This document shows positions 34,321-43,516 of a stretch of DNA of 51,485 nt, piece after piece (the stretch's first letter is position 1; every line of letters starts with the position of its first letter). Source of the DNA: Gemmatimonadales bacterium (GTDB lineage Bacteria; Gemmatimonadota; Gemmatimonadetes; Gemmatimonadales; GWC2-71-9); contig JBBRGF010000002.1 in the NCBI GenBank assembly GCA_038240975.1, forward strand, positions 1 through 51,485, in the 5' to 3' direction. The notes beneath the pieces are model-generated. The model was not told the origin of the DNA. It ran no database searches and worked only from the letters and a program-made list of their open reading frames with translations. A program made the translations under genes and the position numbers.

Positions 34321-34347
34321 CCTCGACCTGCTCCTCGTAGCGGCTGA
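34305..34347. repeat. 43-bp direct repeat, left copy (DR1)
   Basis: GCCGGCTAGGCCTTGACCTCGACCTGCTCCTCGTAGCGGCTGA is identical to 35052-35094 except for one G/A. It is an orphan copy of the last 12 codons plus stop of the response-regulator gene at 35057-36436. Confidence 0.95.
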
Positions 34348-34351
34348 ATCG

Positions 34352-34378
34352 GCAAATGCCAAGACCCTCGGCATTTGC
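34352..34378 (+). terminator. hairpin after the 1028-aa gene / at the left cassette edge
   Basis: GCAAATGCC-(9 nt)-GGCATTTGC is a perfect 9-bp stem followed by ATATATTCT. Confidence 0.5.
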
Positions 34379-34390
34379 ATATATTCTGCA

Positions 34391-34885
34391 ATGCAACTTT
34401 TTGAACCGGTCTTCGCCGCCCTGGAGGCGGAGCGGGTGCGATACGTTACCGTCGGAGGAATTGCGACGATTCTCCACGGCGTTATCCGCCTGACACGAGA
34501 CATCGATCTAGTCATCGACCTCGATCCGACCGAAGCAAGACGGGCTATCGCAGTCCTGGAGCAGCTCGGCTTTACGCCGACCATTCCGGTGCGAGCGGAG
34601 GCGTTCGCGGACCCCGGTCAGCGAGCCGCGTGGGCTCGAGACAAGCATATGGTGGTGTTCTCGCTGCAGGACACTCGCGGATACGTAGCCGTTGACCTGT
34701 TCGTCGAATATCCCATGGACTTCGACGGGCTCTGGGAGCGCTCGGAGATCATGCAGGTAGAAGAGATTTCGATCCGAGTGGCTTCGCTCGACGACCTGAT
34801 CCAGCTCAAACGAAAAGCCGGCCGCCCACAGGATCTGCTGGACGTAGCGCTGCTCGAACAGGTACGCAGTTTGGGTGCGGGATGA
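34391..34885 (+). CDS. nucleotidyltransferase-fold protein (164 aa)
   Basis: VTVGGIATILHGVIRLTRDIDLVIDL fits the hGG..x(9-13)..DhDh minimal NTase signature. The C-terminal part reads ASLDDLIQLKRKAGRPQDLLDVALLE. The local GC content looks slightly lower to me. Confidence 0.8.
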   Translation: MQLFEPVFAALEAERVRYVTVGGIATILHGVIRLTRDIDLVIDLDPTEARRAIAVLEQLGFTPTIPVRAEAFADPGQRAAWARDKHMVVFSLQDTRGYVAVDLFVEYPMDFDGLWERSEIMQVEEISIRVASLDDLIQLKRKAGRPQDLLDVALLEQVRSLGAG

Positions 34886-35067
34886 CGGCCCACACTACGC
34901 CTGAATCGAACAGTCACGCCTGGCAGGCGGCTGCTCTCGCGCGCCTGCGCGAGAATCTGCGACTCACCGCCGCCGAACGCTTGGCCGTGGCAGAGGCGTT
35001 GCTTGCGTTCGCCATCCGGACGCCGCACTACGCCCCCAAACCCGAACGGCAGCCGGCTAGGCCTTGA
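34882..35067 (+). CDS. 61-aa predicted helical protein coupled to the NTase gene
   Basis: Its ATG overlaps the NTase TGA (ATGA). The sequence is ..AWQAAALARLRENLRLTAAERLAVAEALLAFA.. The last 5 codons and the stop lie inside DR2. I recognise no family. Confidence 0.5.
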   Translation: MTAHTTPESNSHAWQAAALARLRENLRLTAAERLAVAEALLAFAIRTPHYAPKPERQPARP

Positions 35068-35094
35068 CCTCGACCTGCTCCTCATAGCGGCTGA
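35052..35094. repeat. 43-bp direct repeat, right copy (DR2)
   Basis: See DR1. This copy is the functional 3' end of the response-regulator gene. Confidence 0.95.
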
Positions 35095-36436
35095 GCTTGC
35101 GGTACAGCGTGGAAGGATCGATACCCAGCACTTCGGCCGCGCGGGTCTTGTTGCCACCCTCGGCCTGAAGAACCCACATGATGTAGGCGCGCTCGATCAC
35201 CTCGAGCGTCGGATTGCGGTACGACCGCTCGGCGACGAGTGGCTCCTTGCGCCGCTTGGTGATACGCTCCGGCAGCGCCGCGCCGTCGATCAGATTCCCG
35301 CGGGTCAGCACCACGGCGTGCTCGAGCGCGTTCTCCAGCTCTCGCACATTCCCCGGCCATTCGTAGACCATGACGGCGTCGAGCGCCTCCGAGGCGAGCG
35401 CCTTGGGATCGCTCCCGTTTTCCACTGCGAGGTTCTGAAGAAGAAATTCGATCAGGAGCAGCAGATCGTCGCGCCTCTCGCGTAGCGGCGGGAGGTTGAG
35501 CGCGATGACGTTGAGCCGGTAGAACAGGTCGGACCGGAAATTGCCGCGGCGGATCTCCTCTTCGAGGACGCGATTGGTGGCGGCGATGATTCTGACGTCT
35601 ACCGGAATGGCCTCGGTGGCGCCCACCGGAATTGCCTCGCGTTCCTGCAGTACCCTCAGCAGCTTGACCTGGAGCGAGGGCGGCATCTCGCCGACCTCGT
35701 CGAGGAAAAAGCTCCCCCCTCGGGCAGCCGCGAACAGGCCCTGCTTGTCGCGCACCGCCCCGGTAAACGACCCCTTCACGTGGCCGAAGAGCTCGCTCTC
35801 CAGGAGGTTCTCCGGCAGCGCGCCGCAGTTGATCGACATGAACGGCCCGTCGACCCGGTTGGAGAGGTTGTGCACGTACCGGGCGATGACTTCCTTGCCC
35901 GTGCCGCTCTCTCCCTGGATGAGCACCGTCGAGTCGGTCGGGGCCACGTGCTCGGCGAGCTTGAGCACGTCGAGGAACCGCTTCGACTTGCCGATGGGCC
36001 GAGCCACCGTGCTCTTGTCCCGCCGCCTGATCTCCTGCTTGAGCTGCTTGTTCTCGACGCGCACCGCGCGAAATTCGCAGGCGCGTCGGAGGATGGCCAC
36101 GAGCTCGTCGTTGGAGAACGGCTTCTGGATGTAATAGAAGGCGCCGGAGTTGACCGCACCGATGGCGCTCTGCAGCGAGGCCTGCGCCGTCATGAGGATG
36201 ACGGGCGTCATCGGGTCCTGCTCGCGGGCCGCCGTCAGGATGTCGAGCCCGGACACCTGGGGCATCCTCACATCCGAGAGAATGATGTCGTGGACGCCCG
36301 TGCGAATCTGTTCCAACCCCGCCTTTCCGCCCTGGGCTGTGGTCACCTCGAATCCCTCGTTCCTGAGCAGGATCCGAAGTGTGTCGAGGATGCCCGATTC
36401 GTCATCCACCACCAGTACCGAGGGCTTCACGCTCAT
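35057..36436 (-). CDS. sigma-54-dependent response regulator (NtrC/AtoC family)
   Basis: The receiver carries VLVVDDE and ILSDVRMP. The AAA+ core has GESGTGKE and KGSFTGA. The C-terminal HTH reads AAEVLGIDPSTLYRKL. Confidence 0.93.
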   Translation of the reverse strand: MSVKPSVLVVDDESGILDTLRILLRNEGFEVTTAQGGKAGLEQIRTGVHDIILSDVRMPQVSGLDILTAAREQDPMTPVILMTAQASLQSAIGAVNSGAFYYIQKPFSNDELVAILRRACEFRAVRVENKQLKQEIRRRDKSTVARPIGKSKRFLDVLKLAEHVAPTDSTVLIQGESGTGKEVIARYVHNLSNRVDGPFMSINCGALPENLLESELFGHVKGSFTGAVRDKQGLFAAARGGSFFLDEVGEMPPSLQVKLLRVLQEREAIPVGATEAIPVDVRIIAATNRVLEEEIRRGNFRSDLFYRLNVIALNLPPLRERRDDLLLLIEFLLQNLAVENGSDPKALASEALDAVMVYEWPGNVRELENALEHAVVLTRGNLIDGAALPERITKRRKEPLVAERSYRNPTLEVIERAYIMWVLQAEGGNKTRAAEVLGIDPSTLYRKLSRYEEQVEVKA

Positions 36437-38100
36437 GCTGCATCCTCCACGATGGTCTTGGCCGGCAGAAAGATAGTAAAGGCGGTGCCGCTGGCCGGGC
36501 CGGACTCTACCAGCACGAGGCCGCGGTGGGCCTCCACGGCGCGCTGGACGATGGCCAGTCCGAGGCCGCTGCCGCCCGCCCGCCCAGAGACGAACGGTTG
36601 AAAGAGCCGCTCGCGAATCTCCTCCGGAATCCCCGGCCCCGTATCACGTACCTGCAAACGTACCGCGTGCTCGAGGTTGGTTCCGTGCGGAATCTCACTA
36701 CCCTGCACGGCGGAGACACCCACGGCGATGCGGATCGGACCGCGGGCCGACTGCACCGCGTTGAGCACCAGGTTGGCGATGATACGGTGGAGCAGATCTT
36801 CGTCGCCTTCGACCATGGTCCTGCCGCCCTCGACCGTGATCGCGGCGTCGGGCCTGCAATCGGGGTGGGCCTTGATGAGCCGGACCACCGCCACCACCAC
36901 GCCGTGCAGGTCGAGCGGAACGAACTGGGTGGCCCGGACCCTGGCGAAGTCGAGGAACTCGCTCAGGAGACGGCTCAGCCGGTCGCTCTCGCGGACGATG
37001 AGTCCGGCCAGGAAACGTTCGTCATCGTCGGCGTGCTTGGAGCGCGCGAGCTGCTCCACCGAGCTCCGGATGGATGCAAGCGGGTTGCGGATCTCGTGCG
37101 CCAGCGACGCGCTCAGGGCAGCCACCGCCTCGAGGCGCTCGGCCCGCTGCTGCAACTCCTGGACTTCCTTCAGGTCCGAGATGTCGGTGAAGATCGCGGT
37201 CACCGACGGGGCTTCCTGAGTCTCCTGACGAAAGGTGGTCGTGCTGAGGCCGATCGGGAATGTCTTCCCCCCGTCGTGCATCACCATCCCCTCGCCGCGG
37301 CTGATCTTTCTCCCGTTCCGGATGCCGGCAACTACCGCCGCCCACAGCTCCGACGACCGGGTCTTGAGCTGGTCGAGCACCGGAAGTCCCAGGAGTGCCT
37401 GGGCGTCGAGCGCGAGGAGGCGCTGAGCCGTGGGGTTGATGAACGCCAGCCGACCCATGCCGTCTACGGTAATGACACCGGACCGGATGTTGCGCAGGAT
37501 GTCGTCGGCCTCGAGACGCACCCGCTTGAGCTCGGTGGCGAGCGTCTGCTGCTCCATCCCCGCCTCGCGCAGGCGATGCCCGAGCACCGCCACGATCGCG
37601 AACACCACGTTGAACACCAGGATCTGGGCCCAGAAGGCGGTGTCGGGAGGGCCGGAGCGGCTCCAGAAGGTGTCGGCCAGGAACACCACCGACGCCAGCA
37701 CCGCTGTGAGCGCCCCCCAGACGGGAGGCATCAGGAGGGCATAGGCGGCCACCAGTAGGACGTAGAGTGCGGGAAACGCCGACTGCGGCTGCCCGGCGAA
37801 GTGGACGATGGTCGTGACGACGCCGAGGTCGACCAGCGCCTGGATGAGGAGAAACGTATTGCCTGGTGTCCGGCGGCGAACGAACGCGGCCCATGCGCCA
37901 TAGGCGGTAAAGGTGAGCGCGATGACAACCGCCACGCTGACGAGAAACGACTCCCTCGGCCGCTCGGTCCAGACGAGGCCGGCGCCGAGCAGGACGCCAA
38001 CCGCGAGCGCCAGCCGCCCGACGAAGAGCCACGAAAGGAGGGTACGCTGGTCGGGTAGGGAGCTTCGGCCGGCCCGGCGGCGGTCAGGCACCGATGACAT
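36433..38100 (-). CDS. membrane sensor histidine kinase (PAS-HisKA-HATPase)
   Basis: It has about 5 N-terminal TM segments, a PAS-like region, an H-box LAHEIRNPL, and DTGPGIP / GSGLGLAIV. Its stop overlaps the regulator ATG (ATGA). Confidence 0.9.
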   Translation of the reverse strand: MSSVPDRRRAGRSSLPDQRTLLSWLFVGRLALAVGVLLGAGLVWTERPRESFLVSVAVVIALTFTAYGAWAAFVRRRTPGNTFLLIQALVDLGVVTTIVHFAGQPQSAFPALYVLLVAAYALLMPPVWGALTAVLASVVFLADTFWSRSGPPDTAFWAQILVFNVVFAIVAVLGHRLREAGMEQQTLATELKRVRLEADDILRNIRSGVITVDGMGRLAFINPTAQRLLALDAQALLGLPVLDQLKTRSSELWAAVVAGIRNGRKISRGEGMVMHDGGKTFPIGLSTTTFRQETQEAPSVTAIFTDISDLKEVQELQQRAERLEAVAALSASLAHEIRNPLASIRSSVEQLARSKHADDDERFLAGLIVRESDRLSRLLSEFLDFARVRATQFVPLDLHGVVVAVVRLIKAHPDCRPDAAITVEGGRTMVEGDEDLLHRIIANLVLNAVQSARGPIRIAVGVSAVQGSEIPHGTNLEHAVRLQVRDTGPGIPEEIRERLFQPFVSGRAGGSGLGLAIVQRAVEAHRGLVLVESGPASGTAFTIFLPAKTIVEDAA

Positions 38101-38175
38101 CAGGTCTCACAGTACTGGCGATAGGAACGGGGGAATGGCCGAAGATAGAAAGGCCCGCGTATCATTACAATCCAC

Positions 38176-38421
38176 ATGACATGGTTCGTCTACATTGCCC
38201 GCTGCGGCGACGGAAGCTTGTATACGGGGATTACCACGGATCCGGCTCGCCGCGAAGCGCTGCACAACGCGGGCCGCGGAGCCGCTTACACGCGCTCCCG
38301 GCTGCCGGTTCGGCTGGTTTACCGGGAGGACGCCGTAGACCGGGGCGCCGCGCTGAGGCGGGAAGCAGCGATCAAGCGGCTCGGCCGGGCGGCAAAGGAG
38401 GCACTCCTGGACGAATGGTGA
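38176..38421 (+). CDS. GIY-YIG nuclease superfamily protein (81 aa)
   Basis: FVYIARCGDGSLYTGITTD..R..H...R..Y..LVY.E......A...E..IK matches the short stand-alone GIY-YIG domain pattern. Confidence 0.85.
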   Translation: MTWFVYIARCGDGSLYTGITTDPARREALHNAGRGAAYTRSRLPVRLVYREDAVDRGAALRREAAIKRLGRAAKEALLDEW

Positions 38422-38451
38422 TGGCTACCGGGCCGGCGACCCGGGATCCGC

Positions 38452-40656
38452 TCAACGGCGCACACGGTCGAGCGCGTGTCGTACGCTCGAGACCAGATTT
38501 TCCGAAGAGAAGGGTTTCTGCAGAAAGGGATCGTCGGACTCCCTGATGCCGCGCTGAAGCTTGTCGCTCTCGGAATAGCCCGACATGTACATCACCCTTG
38601 CCCCGGGCAAGATGCGGGCGACGTGAGCGACGAGCTCATGGCCGCCCATCTCGGGCATGACCATGTCCGTCAGCACCAGGTCTATGCCGCCGCCCACCCG
38701 CTCGGCGACGGTCAGGGCTTCGCGTCCGTTCGAGGCCTCGAGGACCAGATAGCCTTGTTCGGACAAGACGCGGGACGCCACGGCGCGAACAGCGTCTTCG
38801 TCTTCCACCAGGAGAATCGTCTCGGTCCCCCTTGTCGCCAGCGCCGGGCTATCGGCCGCGGTGCCGGACGAATCTTCCGAGACGACTCGCGGGAAGCAGA
38901 TCTTGAAGCTGGCGCCCTGCCCGGGCTCGCTCTCGGCCCACAGGTATCCGCCACTCTGGGTGACAATGCCGTAGACGGTGGCCAGGCCGAGACCGGTATT
39001 CTGGGTCGTGGGCTTGGTGGTGAAGAACGGCTCGAAGAGATGCGCCTTGACCTCCGACGACATGCCGTGTCCGGTGTCGGTCACGATGAGCATGACGTAG
39101 GCGCCCGCGGGAAGGGAGACGCCGAGGTGCTGGTACCCGTGGCCCTCGGGAACGTCGACGTTGAGTGTCTCGATGGACAGCGCTCCGCCGCTCCCCATCG
39201 CGTCGCGCGCGTTGAGCGTCAGGTTCATCACCACTTGCTCCATCTGCCCGTAGTCGGCCTCGATCCCACCCAGCTCGGCGGCCAGACGAGTGACCAGCGT
39301 CATGTCCTCGCCCAGGAGCGGCCGAAGCATGCGCTCCATTCCCGTGACGACCTCGTTCAGACTCAGCACCTCCCTGGCCACGACGCGATGGCGCCCGAAT
39401 CCGAGCAGTTGGCGGGTGAGGTGCATGGCGCGTTCGGCCGCCTTTCTGATCTCGTCGGCATCGGACCGGCGGGGGTCCTGCCGGTCCAGCGTGCCCAACA
39501 GAAAGTCGCTGAAGCCCATGATGATCATCATCATGTTGTTGAGGTCGTGGGCAACACCTCCGGCGAATCGGCCAACTGCCTCCATCTTCTGCGCCTGCCG
39601 CACCTGCTGTTCGGTCTCGATGCGCGCGGTGATGTCGCGTCCGACACCGACGACTCCGGTGATGACGCCGTGGGAGTCGCGAAGGGGTGACAAGGTGTTC
39701 AGGACATGCCGCGGCCCCCGCGGCGTAGGGAGAATCCACTCGTAGGTGACGGTCTCTCCCGCCAGCGCGCGAAGGTTGGCCCGCTCGTGAACGGCAGCCT
39801 TGGCGGCGCCGATGATGTCACGCGTGGTGCGGCCGATGAACTGCTCGGGGTGGAACCCTTCGCGCTCGAGCCAGCGCCCGAAGAGGTTGACGCAGCGATG
39901 CTCGGTGTCGAGTTGAAAGACGACGTCGTCGATCGACTCGACCAGGTTCTGGAACCGGTGCTTCACTTCGTGCGGCGGATCCTTGGGCCGGCGCGCGGTG
40001 ATGTCTCTGGCGGAGGCGATGACGCCTCCGGGCATCGGCGTGACCCTGACGGAGAACCAGCGGTTCATCGGCGCGAAGAACGAGTCGAACTCGATTTCCA
40101 CCTGCTCGACCACCGCCCGGAACGCCTCTGCCTGGAAGCGGGACCCCGAGAGACCGGGGATGACCTCCCACACCGATTGGCCCAGCACTTCGTCGCGGTC
40201 ACGGCCGAGAAACCTGAGATATTCGCCGGCTCGCTCGTTGAGGAGGGTGAGGTGCCAGTCTTCGTCGCACGCCAGGTAGATGTCACGCAGGTAGTCGAGC
40301 ACGCCGGCCGCGACCGGTGACGCGGACTCGATCAGCAGGACGCTCATCCCATCGGCGGATGGATACGCGCGGAGCTCGAGTATGCGGCAGGTCACCGGAT
40401 CCCTCACCTGTTGCACGACGGGTATCCGCGCGGTCTGCGCGCGGCGGAGGGCCGAGCCGGCAGGTGTTTCGAAGAAGGAAGGAGAGGCGTTCCAGATGAC
40501 CGAGCCGGCCAGATCGGAGCCCGATACCCCGGTGAGACCGTGAAGCAGAAACCGGGCGGCACGATTCAGGTAGGATATCGTGCCGTCGTGGTCGAGGGTA
40601 AAGATCCCCTCTCCGATTCGATCAAGTGCGGCAATGGAGCCTGCGGAATCGATCAA
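38452..40656 (-). CDS. hybrid sensor histidine kinase (multiple PAS, HisKA, HATPase, C-terminal receiver)
   Basis: It has an H-box FAGGVAHDLNNMM, DTGHGM / NTGLGLATV, and a receiver ILLVEDEDAVR..DLVLTDMVMPEMGG..MSGY. Confidence 0.92.
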   Translation of the reverse strand: MIDSAGSIAALDRIGEGIFTLDHDGTISYLNRAARFLLHGLTGVSGSDLAGSVIWNASPSFFETPAGSALRRAQTARIPVVQQVRDPVTCRILELRAYPSADGMSVLLIESASPVAAGVLDYLRDIYLACDEDWHLTLLNERAGEYLRFLGRDRDEVLGQSVWEVIPGLSGSRFQAEAFRAVVEQVEIEFDSFFAPMNRWFSVRVTPMPGGVIASARDITARRPKDPPHEVKHRFQNLVESIDDVVFQLDTEHRCVNLFGRWLEREGFHPEQFIGRTTRDIIGAAKAAVHERANLRALAGETVTYEWILPTPRGPRHVLNTLSPLRDSHGVITGVVGVGRDITARIETEQQVRQAQKMEAVGRFAGGVAHDLNNMMMIIMGFSDFLLGTLDRQDPRRSDADEIRKAAERAMHLTRQLLGFGRHRVVAREVLSLNEVVTGMERMLRPLLGEDMTLVTRLAAELGGIEADYGQMEQVVMNLTLNARDAMGSGGALSIETLNVDVPEGHGYQHLGVSLPAGAYVMLIVTDTGHGMSSEVKAHLFEPFFTTKPTTQNTGLGLATVYGIVTQSGGYLWAESEPGQGASFKICFPRVVSEDSSGTAADSPALATRGTETILLVEDEDAVRAVASRVLSEQGYLVLEASNGREALTVAERVGGGIDLVLTDMVMPEMGGHELVAHVARILPGARVMYMSGYSESDKLQRGIRESDDPFLQKPFSSENLVSSVRHALDRVRR

Positions 40657-40689
40657 CCGAAATGACCTTGAGGTGCGGGTGGCCTCAAA

Positions 40690-43011
40690 CTAAGAGGGAC
40701 CGCCGCCCACATCCAGTCTCAGAGCCGCGCCCTCGCCGTCGGTCCACGGATACAGCGCGCGGTAGATCTCCTGGTTCCTCTGGATCGCCCGCACGTATCC
40801 GCGCGTTTCCGCAAAGGGAATGCGCTCCGCAAACACCTCGGGATCGTCCACTCCGTTGCGGCGCGACCATCGTTCGACTCTGCTGGCCCCCGCGTTGTAT
40901 GCCGCCAGAATGTGCAAGGGCTCCTGGTACATCTCCGACAGCTCCTGAAGATGATAGGTGCCGAGCTGCAGGCTCACGTCGGGCTGGTAGAGGAGCACCG
41001 GGTCCCACACGGGAAAGTCGAGCGCCCGGGCAAGGCGGGCGCCCAGGTCCGGCATCACCTGCATGAGACCGCGCGCGCCGACCGACGACGTGGCCGACGG
41101 GTTGAACCTCGATTCCTGCCGAATAAGCGCGGCGACGAAGCTCGCATCGAGCCGATGCTCCGCCGATTCACCCACCAGCGCCTCGGCCAAGCCCACGGGG
41201 TACAGCAGCCGATAGGTCCGGGCGTCGGCGGCAGCGCCGGACACCAGCGCGCGGCGGGCGACCAGGATGGCCTGCGCCGGGAGTCCCTGGCCGCGGAAGG
41301 CGTTGGCCAGCGTCAGCAGACGCTCGGATGACGTGTCCTGGGTGCGCATGAGCCGGTCGTACTGCCACCGGGACTCCACCGCCATCCCGAGCCGCGCGAG
41401 CAGCGCCGCGCGCCCGATAGCCGAATCCATGGCGGGGACCACCGCGAACGAGTCGGGCGTCGCGCGCGGAGTCCAAGGCGGGAGTCCGAGCCGGCGAAGC
41501 GACAGTCCGACATAATAGGACGACGGGTCTCCGCCTGCTGCGAGGGCCCAGCGGCTTCGGGCGGCGAGAGTATCGCCGGCCGCGGCACAAGCCCTCCCCG
41601 CCCAGTACGTGGCGGCTGCGGCCTCCTCATTCCTCGGGTGCATCTGCCAGAGATCGTCCAGCTCGCGGGCAGCCCGAGCGGGGTCGCCATGAAGCAGCTC
41701 GAGCAGCGCAGCACGAAACCGGGCGGCTGGAGCGAACGCGCTGGTAGGGTACTTGAGGGCGAGGCGGCGGTTATAGACACGTGCGAGCTTATCGGCTCCG
41801 TCGTCGGCGGCAAGATCGCCCAGGAGAAACAGCGCGCTCGATGCCGCCGCGGTGTCCGAGGGGTAGCGGCGTCCGATGTCGACCAGCGCCGAGCGTCCCT
41901 CACTCAACCGGCCGTCACGCACGAGCGCGCGCGCACGCTGGTATGCCGACGCGGCCATCAGCCAGCGCCGCCCCCGAACCAGATTGAATTGGGCGGCCGC
42001 ATCGCCGTACCGGCCGACCTTGCTCAATGCGGAGGCGTAATCGAAGCGGTCTTCGGACTCACCGGGACCCTCCTTGAAGGCGCGCGCAAAGCCGGCGACC
42101 GCGCGGTCAGGTGTTCCGGCAGACCGGGCCACCACGAGCTCCTCAGCGGCCGTGAGAGGGGCGAACGCGCTGTCGAGGAGAGCGATGGCGTCGCGCGCTT
42201 CACCGGCGGAACGTCGGGCGGCCACGAGGGCAACCAGATCGATCCGGATCTTCTCGCGAGAGTCGGTGTCGGGGACGGCGGCAAGACGGATAGCCAGCGC
42301 ATGCACGCGCGCGCCGAGCGCCTCAAAACGGCTGGCGGCCCCCTCGCGATCGCCGGTGCGCTCGCGTGCTGACGCCTCGCTCCAGGCCATGCGCTGCCGG
42401 GCCGCGGGATCGCTCAGCCGGTCGTAGAGACGTGCCCGGCCGGCGCTATCGTCGGTAACCGCCGCGGCGCGAACGAGCAGCCAGTCGGCGATGCCGGGGA
42501 GGTGCGCGGCCGCGCGCTCGTAGGTCGACGCCGAGCTGTCGCGTGCGTTCAGGCGGTCGAGCGCCGCCGCCAGCAGTACCAGCCGCTCGCCTTCGGTGGA
42601 ATCGTCGGCTGCGGGCGGGACGGCAAGCGCCTCGGTGAGCGCGAGCGAATCCTCCTGCTGCTCGAGGGCGGCGCGAGCGAGGAGGAGACGGCCACGGCCT
42701 CCATAGAGCGTGTCGAGCCATGGCTCACCGGTGAGGAGGCGGGCCACCTCGGGCCAGCCTCCCCACCGGCTCGCCGCTGTGGCGGCGAGGTACACCGCCG
42801 GCGGAGTGCGCCGACCCGTGTCCGACACCAGCGGAGAGATCAGTCGGCTCGCCTGCCACGGGCGCCCCCGGCTCAGCGCATCGCGGGCCTCGGCGAGCAC
42901 TGAGTCGTCGGTGGCCGAAACAAGCGCCAGCGTCTGGGACTGATCGCCCGGAACGGCGCGGACGGGACCGAGCGCAAGTGCCAGTGCGATCCACATATGT
43001 GAGAGAGGCAT
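40690..43011 (-). CDS. slt: soluble lytic murein transglycosylase (Slt70-like)
   Basis: It has a signal peptide, a long Ala/Leu-rich superhelical region, and a C-terminal SLT domain (ALIRQESRFNPSATSSVGARGLMQVMP..AAYNAG). Confidence 0.88.
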   Translation of the reverse strand: MPLSHMWIALALALGPVRAVPGDQSQTLALVSATDDSVLAEARDALSRGRPWQASRLISPLVSDTGRRTPPAVYLAATAASRWGGWPEVARLLTGEPWLDTLYGGRGRLLLARAALEQQEDSLALTEALAVPPAADDSTEGERLVLLAAALDRLNARDSSASTYERAAAHLPGIADWLLVRAAAVTDDSAGRARLYDRLSDPAARQRMAWSEASARERTGDREGAASRFEALGARVHALAIRLAAVPDTDSREKIRIDLVALVAARRSAGEARDAIALLDSAFAPLTAAEELVVARSAGTPDRAVAGFARAFKEGPGESEDRFDYASALSKVGRYGDAAAQFNLVRGRRWLMAASAYQRARALVRDGRLSEGRSALVDIGRRYPSDTAAASSALFLLGDLAADDGADKLARVYNRRLALKYPTSAFAPAARFRAALLELLHGDPARAARELDDLWQMHPRNEEAAAATYWAGRACAAAGDTLAARSRWALAAGGDPSSYYVGLSLRRLGLPPWTPRATPDSFAVVPAMDSAIGRAALLARLGMAVESRWQYDRLMRTQDTSSERLLTLANAFRGQGLPAQAILVARRALVSGAAADARTYRLLYPVGLAEALVGESAEHRLDASFVAALIRQESRFNPSATSSVGARGLMQVMPDLGARLARALDFPVWDPVLLYQPDVSLQLGTYHLQELSEMYQEPLHILAAYNAGASRVERWSRRNGVDDPEVFAERIPFAETRGYVRAIQRNQEIYRALYPWTDGEGAALRLDVGGGPS

Positions 43012-43055
43012 GGAGCTTTCGTCTGCAAAGGAGGGGCCAGGCGATATACTTCAGC

Positions 43056-43454
43056 ATGCCCGATGCAGACGACCCCGTCCGACTCGACAAGTGGCTCTGG
43101 GCGGCTCGGTTCTACAAGACGCGCTCGCTCGCATCCGAGGCGATCGCGGGCGGCAAGGTGCAGGTGAACGGCGATCGCGCCAAGAGGGCTCGCACTCTGC
43201 ACCCGGGCGACGAGATCAGGGTGAGGCAGGGTCCTTATGAGCACCGAGTGGTGGTGCGTGAGATGTCCGACAGGCGGGGGCCGGCCTCCGAAGCGGCGCG
43301 GCTCTACGAGGAGTTGCCCGAAAGCCGGGCCGCCCGAGAGGCGGTGGCACTTCAGCTCAAGGCCATGCACTCGGCATTCGTGCCCGAAAGAGGTCGCCCT
43401 ACGAAGCGGGACAGAAGAGAGATCGAGAGACTGAAACGGGGTGGTGAGGGGTGA
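43056..43454 (+). CDS. hslR: ribosome-associated heat shock protein Hsp15 (S4 domain)
   Basis: VRLDKWLWAARFYKTRSLASEAIAGGKVQVNG..RRGPASEAARLYEE is a close match to E. coli HslR. The ATG was verified at 43056. Confidence 0.92.
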   Translation: MPDADDPVRLDKWLWAARFYKTRSLASEAIAGGKVQVNGDRAKRARTLHPGDEIRVRQGPYEHRVVVREMSDRRGPASEAARLYEELPESRAAREAVALQLKAMHSAFVPERGRPTKRDRREIERLKRGGEG

Positions 43455-43495
43455 ACGGTAAATGGATGGTCAATTTGTCCAGTTTACCGTTCACC
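43450..43495. terminator. bidirectional terminator = heptamer-palindrome element C
   Basis: GGTGAACGGTAAA (43450-43462) pairs with TTTACCGTTCACC (43483-43495) in a perfect 13-bp stem, followed by GTTTTT on the plus strand. It lies between the convergent hslR and icd genes. Further heptamers (CCGTTTACCGC) extend to about 43515. Confidence 0.75.
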
Positions 43496-43516
43496 GTTTT
43501 TCTCCCGTTTACCGCT

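Larger units (their letters stand above)
34305..35094. mobile_element. direct-repeat-bounded two-gene insertion cassette (no recombinase present)
   Basis: 43-bp direct repeats flank 704 bp. That interval carries a hairpin, a nucleotidyltransferase-fold ORF and an ATGA-coupled 61-aa ORF. Deleting one repeat plus the insert restores a simple convergent gene overlap. Confidence 0.5.
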
